Shown piece after piece: positions 1 through 15,996 of a DNA stretch of 32,000 nt. This DNA comes from Pseudomonadota bacterium (GTDB taxonomy: Bacteria > Pseudomonadota > Alphaproteobacteria > Acetobacterales > Acetobacteraceae). The DNA is taken from positions 10,284 through 42,283 of the forward strand of contig JAJZNE010000005.1 in the NCBI GenBank assembly GCA_021847995.1, written 5' to 3'. Made by a program: the position numbers and the translations under genes. How positions within the stretch are numbered: position 1 is the stretch's first letter; each line of letters begins with the position of its first letter. Under the pieces are notes generated by a model. That model was not told the DNA's origin. It did not search any database and was given only the letters and a program-made list of their open reading frames with translations.

Positions 1-825
1 CATGCTGAAGCCGACCGTGCCCAGCGCCACCGCCACCAGCCGCCGCCGCGCGCCACGCCCGGCGGCATAGTCGCGCCATGCCGCGGCGAAGCGGGGCCGG
101 GCACGTTCGGGCGCGGTGCGCGCCGGGTCGCGCTTTTCCTGCCGCCACAGCGCCACGGTGTTCAGCACCAGCGTCGCCAGCGCGGCACCCTGGATCACCT
201 GGATCAGCCTGATCTCGCTGAACGCGGCGAGCAGCGCGCCGAACACCACCGCGCTGACCACCATGCCGGCGAGCAGCATGACCGAGAGCAGGGCGACGAC
301 TTTGGGATGCGCCTCCTCGGGCGCCAGATCGGTCGCGAGCGCGAGGCCGACGGTCTGGGTCGTATGCAGCCCGGCACCCACCAGCAGGAAGGCGAGAGCC
401 GCCCCGATATCGCCGATCAGCACCGGTCCATGCGTGTCGCCCGACAGCACCAGCAGCGCGAACGGCATGATGGCGAACCCGCCGAACTGAATGAGGGTGC
501 CCATCCAGAGATACGGCACCCGCCGCCAGCCGAGCACCGAACGATGCGTGTCGGAGCGGAACCCGATCACCGCGCGCAGCGGCGCGAACACCAGCGGTAG
601 CGCCACCATCGCCGCCACCAGCCAGGCCGGCACGCCAAGCTCGACGATCATCACCCGGTTGAGCGTGCCGATCATCAGCACCACGGCCATCCCGACCGAC
701 ACCTGGAACAGCGACAGCCGGAACAGCCGCCCGGGCGGCAACCCGGTTGCTGCCACGTCGGCGAACGGCAGGAAGCGCGGGCCGATGCGCTGCCAGCCGC
801 GGGCAAAATGCGCGTTCATCCTCAT
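1..825 (-). CDS. lhaA: PucC/LhaA-family MFS protein (LH1 assembly factor), N-terminal 275 codons; 3' end lies beyond base 1
   Basis: Absent from the ORF track because it is truncated by the window edge. Manual reverse translation from ATG 825-823 stays open to base 1: MRMNAHFARGWQRIGPRFLPFADV..RLSLFQVSVGMAVVLMIGTLNRVMIVELGVPAWLVAAMVALPLVFAPLRAVIGFRSDTHRSVLGWRRVPYLWMGTLIQFGGFAIMPFALL.. These are the conserved PucC/LhaA N-terminal blocks. ATGA overlap with the bchM stop. It follows bchM as in other PGCs. ATG 819 is an alternative start. Confidence 0.8.
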   Translation of the reverse strand, partial: MRMNAHFARGWQRIGPRFLPFADVAATGLPPGRLFRLSLFQVSVGMAVVLMIGTLNRVMIVELGVPAWLVAAMVALPLVFAPLRAVIGFRSDTHRSVLGWRRVPYLWMGTLIQFGGFAIMPFALLVLSGDTHGPVLIGDIGAALAFLLVGAGLHTTQTVGLALATDLAPEEAHPKVVALLSVMLLAGMVVSAVVFGALLAAFSEIRLIQVIQGAALATLVLNTVALWRQEKRDPARTAPERARPRFAAAWRDYAAGRGARRRLVAVALGTVGFSM

Positions 826-1519
826 GCCGGCACCATCTCTTTCGCCTCGGAGATGTAGAAGCCGCTGTCCACCCGCGCCGTGCGGCCGAGCTGCCAGCCG
901 GCGAGCGGCGGCTGCGCCGCCAGAAGCTGCCCGAGGGAAGCGGTCGCCACCGGCTCGATCGCCGGGGCACGCAGGCCGCGCGGGAACAGCCGCCCGACGG
1001 AGTGCATCACGCCGAGCAGCATCGTCCGCGGCGCCACCGTGAACAGCACCGAGCCCGACGCGCGCGCCGCCAGCGCGCCGACCGACGCCGCCATGTCGGC
1101 CGCGCGATAGTGGATCAGGCTATCCATCGCCACGACATGGTCGAATGAACCGAAGCCAGGATCGAGCATGTCGCCGACGACGAAGTCGAGCCGGCCGGCG
1201 CCGCCGTCGCGGCAGCGTTCGCGCGCCAGCGCGATCAGCGTCGGCGACAGATCGACCGCCACCACCTCCGCCCCCCGTCGCGCCGCTTCCAGCGCCAGCG
1301 CACCGGTGCCGCACCCGGCATCGAGCACGCGCCGGCCGCGGAGATCCTCCGGCAGCCAGGACAGCAGCGTGGTCCGCATGCGGTCGCGCCCGGCGCGCAC
1401 GGTGGCACGGATGGAGCCGAGCGGCGCATCGCTGGTCATGCGTGCCCAGGCCTGCACCGCGGTGCGGTCGAAATAGGTCTCCAACTGGGCGCGGCGGCGC
1501 GTGTAGGTCAGCGTGATCA

Positions 1520-1520
<1 letters not shown>
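822..1520 (-). CDS. bchM: Mg-protoporphyrin IX methyltransferase
   Basis: ORF 822..1595 trimmed to internal ATG 1520 (MITLTYTRRRAQLETYFDRTAVQAWARM..), 232 aa. SAM-binding motif VLDAGCGTG. The bchL stop (1522-1520) shares base 1520 with this ATG (TGATG). Confidence 0.9.
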
Positions 1521-5992
<4,472 letters not shown>

Positions 5993-6018
<26 letters not shown>

Positions 6019-7531
6019 CGTACAGCGTCTCGACGGTGATGGCGGAAAGTCCCCGCTCGGCGGCGAAGCGTTCGGTGTTGCGGCGCGCCTTGCCGCGGAC
6101 GAAGAACGGCACCTTGCCGAGCTCGCGCTCGGCCTCCGGCGCCCAACGGAGCGAAGACGCAGACAATGGCTGCGACATCGTCGGCGGCGGCGGCGGCGCG
6201 GCGGCGCCAAGATGGGACGGCGGCGCGTCGTCGCGGAACTCGAAATCCTCGCGGAACATCGTCAGGAGATGTTCCTCAAGCCCCATCATCAGCGGCTGGA
6301 CACAGGTGTCGAACAGCACGTTGGCACCCTCGAACCCCATCTGCGGTGCGCGGCGGGCGGGGAAATCCTGCACATGCACCGGCGCCGAGATCACGGCACA
6401 GGGAATGCCGAGGCGCTTGGCGACATGCCGCTCCATCTGCGTCCCCAGCACGAGCTCCGGCTGCAGGGCGACGATCCGCGCCTCGACCTCCGCCATGTCG
6501 TCGGTGATCAGCGGATCGAGACCGAGTTCGGCGGCGGCGGCACGCAGATCGCGGGCGAATTCGCGGCTGTAGCTGCCCAGGCCGACCACGTCGAAGCCGA
6601 GTTCCCCGTCGGCGATCCGCGCCGCGGCGATGGCATGGGTCGCATCGCCGAACACGAACACGCGCTTGCCGGTCAGGTAGGTCGAATCGACCGAACGGGA
6701 GAACCACGGCAACCGGCACTCATCGGTGCGCAGGGAGCCTTCCGGGTCAACGCCTGCGACCGCGGCAATTTCGGCGATGAACGCGCGGGTGGCAGCGACA
6801 CCGATCGGAACCGTGCGCACCGTCGGCTGGCCGAAGCTTCGCTCCAGCCAGCGCGCCGCGGTGTCTGCGATCTCGGGATAGAGCACGACGTTGAAATCGG
6901 CATCGCGCAGCCGTGCCAGATCGGCCGGCGAAGCATCGAGCGGGGCGACCACGTTGACGCCGATGCCGAGACCGGCGAGCAGGCCGGCGATCTCGGTCAC
7001 GTCGTCGCGGTGGCGGAAGCCGAGCGACGCCGGGCCGAGCAGGTTGCAGCATGGCAGCACACCCGCGGGGCGGGCCGGGCGCGGACCGGGCGGGCCGGCG
7101 CAGGCACGCACCAGCTGATAGAAGGTTTCCGCCGCGCCCCAGTTTTCCTTGCGCTGATAGGCCGGCAGCTCAAGCGCCACCACCGGCACCGGCAGGCCGA
7201 GCGCGCGGGCAAGACCGCCGGGATCGTCCTGAATGAGCTCCGCGGTGCAGGAGGCACCGACCAGGAGCGCCTGCGGGCGGAAGCGCGCATAGGCGTCGCG
7301 CACCGCATCCTTGAACAGCGAAGCGGTGTCGGCGCCAAGGTCGCGGGCGCGGAAGGTCGTGTAGGTGACGGGCGGCCGGCTGGCACGCCGCTCGATCATG
7401 GTGAACAGAAGGTCGGCATAGGTGTCGCCCTGCGGCGCGTGCAGCACGTAATGCACGTCGCGCATCGCCGCCGCGACGCGCATCGCCCCGACATGGGGCG
7501 GCCCTTCATAGGTCCAGAACGAGAGCTGCAT
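5993..7531 (-). CDS. bchB: DPOR subunit B
   Basis: ORF 5993..7723 trimmed to ATG 7531 ([49 protein letters not shown]..), 512 aa. Start lies 2 nt after the bchN stop. Confidence 0.93.
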
Positions 7532-7533
7532 GG

Positions 7534-9480
<1,947 letters not shown>

Positions 9481-9500
9481 CTAGGGGTGCCGGGGATGAC

Positions 9501-9534
9501 TGTCAACAGAGAATGACGTAAATCTCTCTTGACA
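9501..9534. promoter_or_regulatory. 34-bp near-palindromic operator (two abutting imperfect PpsR-type sites) with TTGACA -35-like boxes on both strands; divergent bchF / ppaA promoters
   Basis: TGTCAACAGAGAATGAC|GTAAATCTCTCTTGACA, arms match 14/17. It reads as TGT-N12-ACG (9501-9518) plus CGT-N12-ACA (9517-9534). It sits in the AT-richest stretch of the bchF-ppaA gap. Candidate -10 boxes lie 17 nt from each TTGACA: TAGCTT on minus (9483-9478) and AAGGCT on plus (9552-9557). Confidence 0.6.
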
Positions 9535-9557
9535 GTCGGAACCAAAAATCAAAGGCT

Positions 9558-10481
9558 GTGGGGGAAGCGGAGATGGGTTCGGTGCAGCAGATGTGGGCAA
9601 CGGATTCAGACTGGGCCGAGCCGGCGGAAGTGTCGCCCTGCCTGACTTTTCCGGCCGGCCGGCCGGCGCCGGCGCGGCTGCCGACACCCGTGCCGCAGGA
9701 AGCTGCCGGCCTCGCCCGCCGCCGGGCGCTGCTCGCCCGTGCCATCGAGACCGAGGTGATCCCCCGGCTGCTGCTCACCCAGCGCGCCCGCGTGGTGACG
9801 CCGGCCGCTGCCATTCTCTCGCCGGCGCTGGCGGTGGAACTGGCCACCCTCGCCCGCGGCAGCGACGCCGCCGCCGCCGGCGATTTCGTTGCCGGCCTGC
9901 ATCGCGGCGGTGTTTCCGCCGAGCGGCTGTTCCTCGATCTGCTCAGCGAGGCGGCGCGTCATCTCGGCGAACTGTGGCTCGCCGATCTGTGCGGCTTCGC
10001 CGAAGTCACCATCGGCCTGATGCGCCTGCAACAGGCGCTGCGCGGCCTCAGCCCGGCGTTCCAGGCCGAGGCGCCGCACGCCGCGCGCGGGCGGCGGGTA
10101 CTGTTGCTGGCGCTGCCCGGCGAACAGCACACCTTCGGCCTCGTCATGGTGGCGGAGTTCTTCCGCCGCGCCGGCTGGGACGTGGTGAGCGAGCCGCTTG
10201 CCGATCTGGGCGAACTCGCGGCCATGGTCCGGCGCAACTGGTTCGGACTGGTCGGCTTCTCCGTCGGTTCCGCCTCCAGGGTCGATGCGCTGGGGCAGGC
10301 CGTGGCGGTGGTCCGCCGCGCCTCCTGCAACCAGGCGGTCGGGTTGCTGGTGGGTGGTCCGGCCCTGTTCGGCCACGACGACCTGGCAGGGCTGGTCGGG
10401 GCCGATGCCAGCGCGGCGGACGGACGCCTCGCCGTCCGTCAGGCAGAGGCGCTGCTCGCGCTGCTGCCGCGCAACGCCTGA
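9558..10481 (+). CDS. ppaA: Cobalamin-binding antirepressor of PpsR (PpaA/AerR family)
   Basis: 307-aa ORF immediately upstream of ppsR. C-terminal B12-binding domain with the E/DxHxxG motif EQHTFG (10122-10139) in LLLALPGEQHTFGLVMVAEFFRRAGWDV, then GFSVGS.. and LLVGGPALF. Start uncertain: GTG 9558, ATG 9573 or ATG 9591. Confidence 0.8.
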   Translation: MGEAEMGSVQQMWATDSDWAEPAEVSPCLTFPAGRPAPARLPTPVPQEAAGLARRRALLARAIETEVIPRLLLTQRARVVTPAAAILSPALAVELATLARGSDAAAAGDFVAGLHRGGVSAERLFLDLLSEAARHLGELWLADLCGFAEVTIGLMRLQQALRGLSPAFQAEAPHAARGRRVLLLALPGEQHTFGLVMVAEFFRRAGWDVVSEPLADLGELAAMVRRNWFGLVGFSVGSASRVDALGQAVAVVRRASCNQAVGLLVGGPALFGHDDLAGLVGADASAADGRLAVRQAEALLALLPRNA

Positions 10482-10514
10482 ACGCGACGGCAGGGGGGAA
10501 GCGGGAGCGTTTGC

Positions 10515-11948
10515 ATGTGGAGGGATTGGGCCGCCGTGACGCCGTTCTCCGCCCCGAGGCAGTCGCTGGGTCGCCTCGACGCCGAGGCTGCCGCGACTCT
10601 GATCGCGGCGGCCGCCGATCTTGTCATCATCGTCGATCGCAACGGCGTGGTGCGCGACATTGCGGTCCATGCCGACGACCTTGCAGCGCAGTTGCGCGAT
10701 GCGACGCGCTGGCGCGGCCGGTCCTGGCTCACCACGCTGACCGCCGAATCGCGTGCCAAGGCAGAGGCGATGATGCAGGCGGCCGCAGCAGGCGACGCGC
10801 CGCGCTGGCGCCAGCTCAACCATCCCGCTATCGCCGGCCCCGACATTCCGCTGCTCTATTCCGCTGTCGCCTTCGGCCCCGACGGTCAGGCCGCGCTGTT
10901 CGGGCGCGATCTGCGCGCGCTGTCGGAGATGCAGCAGCGCCTCGTCGCCGCCCAGCAATCGATGGAACGCGACTACGCCCGCACCCGCCAGTTCGAGACG
11001 CGCTACCGGCTGCTCTTTCACCTCGCCTCCGACGCGGTGCTGATCCTCGACGCGGCGGGCCAGAAGGTGCTGGAGGAGAACCCGGCGGCGCGGCAGATAT
11101 TCGGCGCGCCGCCCTCCCGCGGGGCACGAACGCTCGCCGACCTGTTCGCCGCGGCGAGCCTGCCGCTCATCACCGCGCTGCTCGACGGGGTGCGCGCCGC
11201 CGGCCGCGCCGATGACGTGACGGTGCAGCTTGCCGACGGCAGCACCGCCGCCGCCTCCGTCTCCCTGTTCCGCGAGGGCAGCGCGCCCCTGTTCCTGCTG
11301 CGCATCGTCGCGGCGCAGCCGGCGGGCAGCACCGTCGCGGTGCCCAAGCTCAAGTCGAAGCTGCTCAAGCTGGTCGAAAGCGCGCCGGACGGCTTCGTCG
11401 TCACCACGATGGACGGCCGCATCGTCACCGCCAATGCCGCCTTCCTCGACATGGCGCAGCTTTCCTCGGAGGAGCAGGCGCGCAGCGAATCGCTCGACCG
11501 CTGGCTCGGCCGGCCCGGCGTCGATCTCGATGTGCTGACGGCCAATTTGCGCCAGGGCGGCACGGTGCGGCTGTTCGCCACCACCCTGCGCGGCGAGCAT
11601 GGCGTGCCGGCGCAGGTCGAGATCTCCGCCGTCACCGTGATGAACGGCGGCGGGCCGTGCTGCGGCTTTGCCATCCGCAATGTCGGCCGCCGGCTGTCCG
11701 CCGCGGCGCCGGGCAGCGCGCTGCCGCACCCGATCGAACGCATGACGGAACTGGTCGGCAGCGTCGCGCTGAAGGATCTGGTACGGGAGGCGACCGACGT
11801 GATCGAACGGCTGTGTATCGAGGCGGCCTTGCGCCTGACCAACGACAACCGCGCCTCGGCCGCTGAGATGCTGGGGCTGAGCCGCCAAAGCCTTTATGTC
11901 AAGCTGCGCCGCTACGGTCTCGGCGATGCCGCGGAGGCACGCGGATGA
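10515..11948 (+). CDS. ppsR: Photosynthesis gene repressor PpsR/CrtJ (PAS domains plus C-terminal Fis-type HTH)
   Basis: 477 aa. Characteristic ..LRALSEMQQRLVAAQQSMERDYARTRQFETRYRLLF.. and C-terminal HTH LCIEAALRLTNDNRASAAEMLGLSRQSLYVKLRRYGL. G-rich SD upstream of ATG 10515. ATGA overlap with the bchG start. Confidence 0.93.
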   Translation: MWRDWAAVTPFSAPRQSLGRLDAEAAATLIAAAADLVIIVDRNGVVRDIAVHADDLAAQLRDATRWRGRSWLTTLTAESRAKAEAMMQAAAAGDAPRWRQLNHPAIAGPDIPLLYSAVAFGPDGQAALFGRDLRALSEMQQRLVAAQQSMERDYARTRQFETRYRLLFHLASDAVLILDAAGQKVLEENPAARQIFGAPPSRGARTLADLFAAASLPLITALLDGVRAAGRADDVTVQLADGSTAAASVSLFREGSAPLFLLRIVAAQPAGSTVAVPKLKSKLLKLVESAPDGFVVTTMDGRIVTANAAFLDMAQLSSEEQARSESLDRWLGRPGVDLDVLTANLRQGGTVRLFATTLRGEHGVPAQVEISAVTVMNGGGPCCGFAIRNVGRRLSAAAPGSALPHPIERMTELVGSVALKDLVREATDVIERLCIEAALRLTNDNRASAAEMLGLSRQSLYVKLRRYGLGDAAEARG

Positions 11949-12826
11949 GCGCCCACATCGCCACCCGGCCCGCTCTCTCGCCGCTGATCGAGCTGCTCAA
12001 GCCGATCACCTGGTTCGCGCCGATGTGGGCGTTCGGCTGCGGCGTGGTATCGGCCGGCGGCGCGGCGGAGCGGCGCTGGCCGCTGATCGCCGCCGGCGTG
12101 CTGCTGTGCGGACCCCTGGTCTGCGGCACCAGCCAGGTGATCAACGACTGGTTCGACCGCGAGGTGGACGCGCTGAACGAACCGCAGCGGCCGATCCCCT
12201 CCGGCCGCGTGCCGGCACACCGGGCGCTGGCGCTGGCCGCGGCATGGGCTGCGCTGTCGCTCATCCTGGGCGCGCTGCTCGGTCCCTTCACCCTGGCGGC
12301 GACGCTCGGCGGGCTGATGCTGGCGTGGCTCTACAGTGCGCCCCCGTTGCGCCTCAAGCGCAACGGGTGGTGGGGCAACGCCGCCGTCGCCGCCTGCTAC
12401 GAGGGGCTGCCGTGGATCACCGGCGCCGCCATCGCCGCCGGCGGCGCGCCGGGCGGACGGATCGTCGCGCTGGCGGCGCTCTACAGCGCCGGCGCGCACG
12501 GCATCATGACGCTGAACGACTTCAAATCCGTCGCCGGCGACCGCGCGCTCGGCATCCGCTCCCTGCCCGCGCAACTGGGCGTGGCACGCGCCGCGCGCGT
12601 CGCCTGCGCGGTGATGGCGGCGCCCCAGGTCGCGGTGGTGGCACTGCTGCTGCACTGGCAGCGTCCGCTCGGCGCCGCGCTGATCGCCGCATTGCTGATC
12701 GCGCAGGTGCTGCTGATGCTTCGCCTGCTGCGCGCGCCGCGCGACCGCGCGCCCTGGTACAACGCCACGGGAACCAGCCTCTATGTGCTGGGCATGCTCG
12801 TCGCCGCGCTGACGGTGCCGGCATGA
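11945..12826 (+). CDS. bchG: Bacteriochlorophyll synthase (UbiA-family prenyltransferase)
   Basis: 293 aa, multi-TM. Prenyltransferase motif VINDWFDREVDALNEPQRPIPSGR. ATGA junctions at both ends. Confidence 0.92.
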   Translation: MSAHIATRPALSPLIELLKPITWFAPMWAFGCGVVSAGGAAERRWPLIAAGVLLCGPLVCGTSQVINDWFDREVDALNEPQRPIPSGRVPAHRALALAAAWAALSLILGALLGPFTLAATLGGLMLAWLYSAPPLRLKRNGWWGNAAVAACYEGLPWITGAAIAAGGAPGGRIVALAALYSAGAHGIMTLNDFKSVAGDRALGIRSLPAQLGVARAARVACAVMAAPQVAVVALLLHWQRPLGAALIAALLIAQVLLMLRLLRAPRDRAPWYNATGTSLYVLGMLVAALTVPA

Positions 12827-14022
12827 GCGCCGCGCGGCCTGCCACGCCGGAGATGTTCGACGCCGTGGTGGTGGGCGGCGGACCGGCCGGGGCGACGGCG
12901 GCGGCCGACCTCGCCCGCGGCGGCCACGCGGTGCTGCTGCTCGATCGTGCCGGGCGCATCAAACCCTGCGGGGGCGCCGTTCCGCCGCGGCTGCTGCGCG
13001 ACTTCGCGATCCCCGAATCGCTGCTCGTGGCCCGCGCCGCCGCCGCGCGCATGGTCGCGCCCTCCGGCCGCACGGTCGATATGCCGATCGCGGGCGGCTT
13101 CGTCGGCATGGTTGATCGCGACCACTTCGACGAATGGCTCCGCGCCCGCGCCGCCGCCGCCGGGGCGGTGCGCCGCACCGGGGTGTTCGAGCGGCTGGAA
13201 CGCGCCGCCGACGGCACCGCCCTGGTCTGCTACCGCACGCCGGAGGGGGCTGCCGGGTGCATCGCGGCGCGCGCCGTGATCGGTGCCGACGGCGCCAATT
13301 CCGCCGTCGCCCGCGCCGCGCTGCCGCAGCGGCGGGCGGCCCCGTTCGTGTTCGCCTACCACGAGATCGTCAGCTCGCCGCGTCCGGACAGCGGGTTCGA
13401 CGGGGCGCGCTGCGATGTCGTCTATCGCGGCGCGCTGTCGCCCGATTTCTACGGCTGGGTGTTTCCGCACGGCGCCACCACCAGCGTCGGCGTCGGCTCG
13501 GCCCGCAAGGGGTTCGCGCTGCGTGCGGCGGTCGCTGCCCTGCGCCAATCCGCCGGCCTCGCCGACGCCGCCACGCTGCGGCGGGAGGGGGCGCCGCTGC
13601 CGCTGCGTCCGCTGGCCTGCTGGGACAACGGGCGCGACGTGGTGCTGGCGGGCGACGCCGCCGGCGTGGTCGCCCCGGCCTCCGGCGAGGGCATCTATTA
13701 CGCCATGACGGCGGGGCGGCTGGCGGGCGAAGCGGTCGCGGCGTTCTGCGCCGACGGCGATGCCCGCGCGCTGCGTCAGGCGCGGCGGCGGTTCATGCGG
13801 GCGCATGGCCGGGTGTTCTGGATTCTCGGCATGATGCAGCGGTTCTGGTACTCGTCGGACCGTCGGCGCGAACGCTTCGTCGCCATCTGCCAGGATCCGG
13901 ACGTGCAGCGTCTGACCTGGGAAGCGTATATGAACAAGGAGCTGGTACGGGCGCGGCCCGGCGCGCATGCCCGCATCTTCTTCAAGGATCTCGCCCATCT
14001 GTGCGGCTTCGTCGCACCGTGA
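12823..14022 (+). CDS. bchP: Geranylgeranyl diphosphate / geranylgeranyl-bacteriochlorophyll reductase
   Basis: Frame of ORF 11896..14022 trimmed to ATG 12823 (MSAARPATPEMFDAVVVGGGPAGATAAADLARGGHAVLLLDRAGRIKPCGGAVP..), 399 aa. FAD dinucleotide fold GGGPAG. ATGA overlap with the bchG stop. Confidence 0.92.
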   Translation: MSAARPATPEMFDAVVVGGGPAGATAAADLARGGHAVLLLDRAGRIKPCGGAVPPRLLRDFAIPESLLVARAAAARMVAPSGRTVDMPIAGGFVGMVDRDHFDEWLRARAAAAGAVRRTGVFERLERAADGTALVCYRTPEGAAGCIAARAVIGADGANSAVARAALPQRRAAPFVFAYHEIVSSPRPDSGFDGARCDVVYRGALSPDFYGWVFPHGATTSVGVGSARKGFALRAAVAALRQSAGLADAATLRREGAPLPLRPLACWDNGRDVVLAGDAAGVVAPASGEGIYYAMTAGRLAGEAVAAFCADGDARALRQARRRFMRAHGRVFWILGMMQRFWYSSDRRRERFVAICQDPDVQRLTWEAYMNKELVRARPGAHARIFFKDLAHLCGFVAP

Positions 14023-14032
14023 CCGCGGCGCC

Positions 14033-14512
14033 ATGATCCTGCCGATCGCGCTCGCCGCCGGATGGGCGCTGCTGGTCGCCGTGATCGGCGCGCGGCTCAC
14101 CGATATCGGCCCCTGGTACCACGGGTTGCGCAAGCCGGCATGGCAGCCGCCGAACTGGCTGTTCGGGCCGGCCTGGACCGTGATCTTCGCGCTCGCCGCA
14201 ACCGCCTTCGTGCTCGCCTGGCGCGCGGCGCCCGGCGGCGGCGCGCGGGGTGCGCTGATCGCGGTCTATCTGGCCAACGGCGCCCTCAATATCCTGTGGA
14301 ATCCGCTGTTCTTCACCCTGCGCCGGCCGGACTGGGCCCTTTTCGAGGTACCGCTGCTGTGGCTTTCGATCGCGGCGGCCATCGTGTTCGTGGCACCGCT
14401 GTCGCCGGCCGCGGCGTGGCTGCTGCTGCCCTATCTGGTCTGGGTGTCGTTCGCCTCGGTGCTGAACCTCGCCATCGTGCGCCGCAACCGGCCGTTCGGG
14501 GCGGCGCGGTGA
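14033..14512 (+). CDS. tspO: Tryptophan-rich sensory protein TspO (CrtK)
   Basis: ORF 13967..14512 trimmed to ATG 14033 (MILPIALAAGWALLVAVIGARLTDIGPWYHGLRKPAWQPPNWLFGPAWTVIF..LNILWNPLFF..LLLPYLVWVSFASVLN), 159 aa, five hydrophobic segments, TspO/MBR signature. Confidence 0.9.
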   Translation: MILPIALAAGWALLVAVIGARLTDIGPWYHGLRKPAWQPPNWLFGPAWTVIFALAATAFVLAWRAAPGGGARGALIAVYLANGALNILWNPLFFTLRRPDWALFEVPLLWLSIAAAIVFVAPLSPAAAWLLLPYLVWVSFASVLNLAIVRRNRPFGAAR

Positions 14513-15996
14513 CGGCGGCGCGGCATGCCGTGGTGATCGGCGCCGGCATCGGCGGGCTGGCGGCGGCGGTCCGGCTCGGCGCCCGCGGCTACCGCGTCAG
14601 CGTGTTCGAGCGGCTGGACGGGCCGGGCGGGCGGGCCTACGTGCATCGCCGCGACGGCTTCACGTTCGACGCCGGCCCCACCATCATCACCGCCCCGTTC
14701 CTGTTCGAGGAACTGTGGCGCCTGTGCGGCCGGCGGCTGGCCGACGACGTGGTGCTGCGCCCGCTGGCCCCGTTCTATCGCATCCGCTTCGACGATGGCG
14801 CGAGCTTCGACTATTCGGGCGACGCCGCGGCGATGCGGGCCGAGGTGGCACGGTTCAGCACGGCCGATCTGCCGGGCTACGAGCGCTTCATGCGCATCAG
14901 CGACATGCTCTGCCGTCTCGGCTTCGAGCAGCTCGGCCATCGTCCGTTCGGCCGCATCGCGGACATGCTGCGGGTCGCCCCGGCCCTGCTGCGCCATCAG
15001 GCATGGCGCAGCGTGCATGGGCTGGTGGCGCGGCATATCCGCGATCCGCGCCTGCGCGTCGTGTTCAGCTTCCATCCGCTGCTGATCGGCGGCGATCCGT
15101 TCGCCGCGTCGGCGATCTATGCCCTGATCCCGGCGCTCGAACGGCGCTGGGGCGTGCATTGCGCACTCGGCGGCACCAACGCACTGGTGGACGGGCTGGT
15201 GCGCCTTGCCGAGGGCCAGGGCGGCACCGTCCACTACAACGCCGATGTTGCCGAGATCATGGTGCGCGACGGCGCCGCGGCCGGCGTGAAGCTTGCCTCC
15301 GGCGTCTCGGTTGGCGCCGACATCGTGGTGTGCAACGCCGACGCCGCGCGCACCTATCGTCGTCTGCTGCCGCAGTTGCGCCGCCGCCGCTGGACCGACC
15401 GGCGCCTCGACCGGGCACGCGCCTCGATGGGCCTGTTCGTCTGGTATTTCGGCACCAGGCGGCGCTACCCGGCGGTCGCGCATCACACCATCCTGCTCGG
15501 GCCGCGCTATCGCGCACTGCTCGCCGACATCTTCCGCGGCCGGCCTCTTGCCGACGATTTCAGCCTCTATCTGCACCGCCCGACCGCGACCGACACGACA
15601 TTGGCGCCCGCCGGCTGCGATGCGTTCTACGTGCTCTCCCCGGTGCCCAATCTCGATGCCGGCATCGACTGGACGCGCAGCGCCGAGCCGTATCGCCGCG
15701 CCATCGCCGCGCGGCTGGAGGCAACGCTGCTGCCCGGACTGGGCGATGCGCTCGCCACCTCCTTCGTTGCCACGCCGCAGGATTTCGCCGACCGTTTGCT
15801 CGCCGATCGCGGCGCGGCGTTCGGCCTCGCACCGACGCTGATGCAGAGCGCCTGGTTCCGGCCGCACAACGCGAGCGAGGAAGTGCGCCGCCTGTTCCTG
15901 GTCGGCGCCGGCACGCATCCCGGCGCCGGCGTGCCGGGTGTGCTCTCCTCGGCGCGCGTGCTCGATCATGTGGTGCCCGATGCCGCCGCCCTGTGA
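14509..15996 (+). CDS. crtI: Phytoene desaturase
   Basis: Frame of ORF 14062..15996 trimmed to GTG 14509 (GTGA overlap with the tspO stop): (M)TAARHAVVIGAGIGGLAAAVRLGARGYRVSVFERLDGPGGRAY.., C-terminal LFLVGAGTHPGAGVPGVLSSA. 495 aa. Confidence 0.92.
   Translation: MTAARHAVVIGAGIGGLAAAVRLGARGYRVSVFERLDGPGGRAYVHRRDGFTFDAGPTIITAPFLFEELWRLCGRRLADDVVLRPLAPFYRIRFDDGASFDYSGDAAAMRAEVARFSTADLPGYERFMRISDMLCRLGFEQLGHRPFGRIADMLRVAPALLRHQAWRSVHGLVARHIRDPRLRVVFSFHPLLIGGDPFAASAIYALIPALERRWGVHCALGGTNALVDGLVRLAEGQGGTVHYNADVAEIMVRDGAAAGVKLASGVSVGADIVVCNADAARTYRRLLPQLRRRRWTDRRLDRARASMGLFVWYFGTRRRYPAVAHHTILLGPRYRALLADIFRGRPLADDFSLYLHRPTATDTTLAPAGCDAFYVLSPVPNLDAGIDWTRSAEPYRRAIAARLEATLLPGLGDALATSFVATPQDFADRLLADRGAAFGLAPTLMQSAWFRPHNASEEVRRLFLVGAGTHPGAGVPGVLSSARVLDHVVPDAAAL

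Noticed and set aside
10122-10139. PpaA B12 motif reads ExHxxG (EQHTFG) rather than DxHxxG, considered as a possible loss or alteration of cobalamin binding.
   Set aside because: Glu at the first position is within the accepted E/DxHxxG variation seen in photoreceptor-type B12-binding domains, so it is not anomalous.
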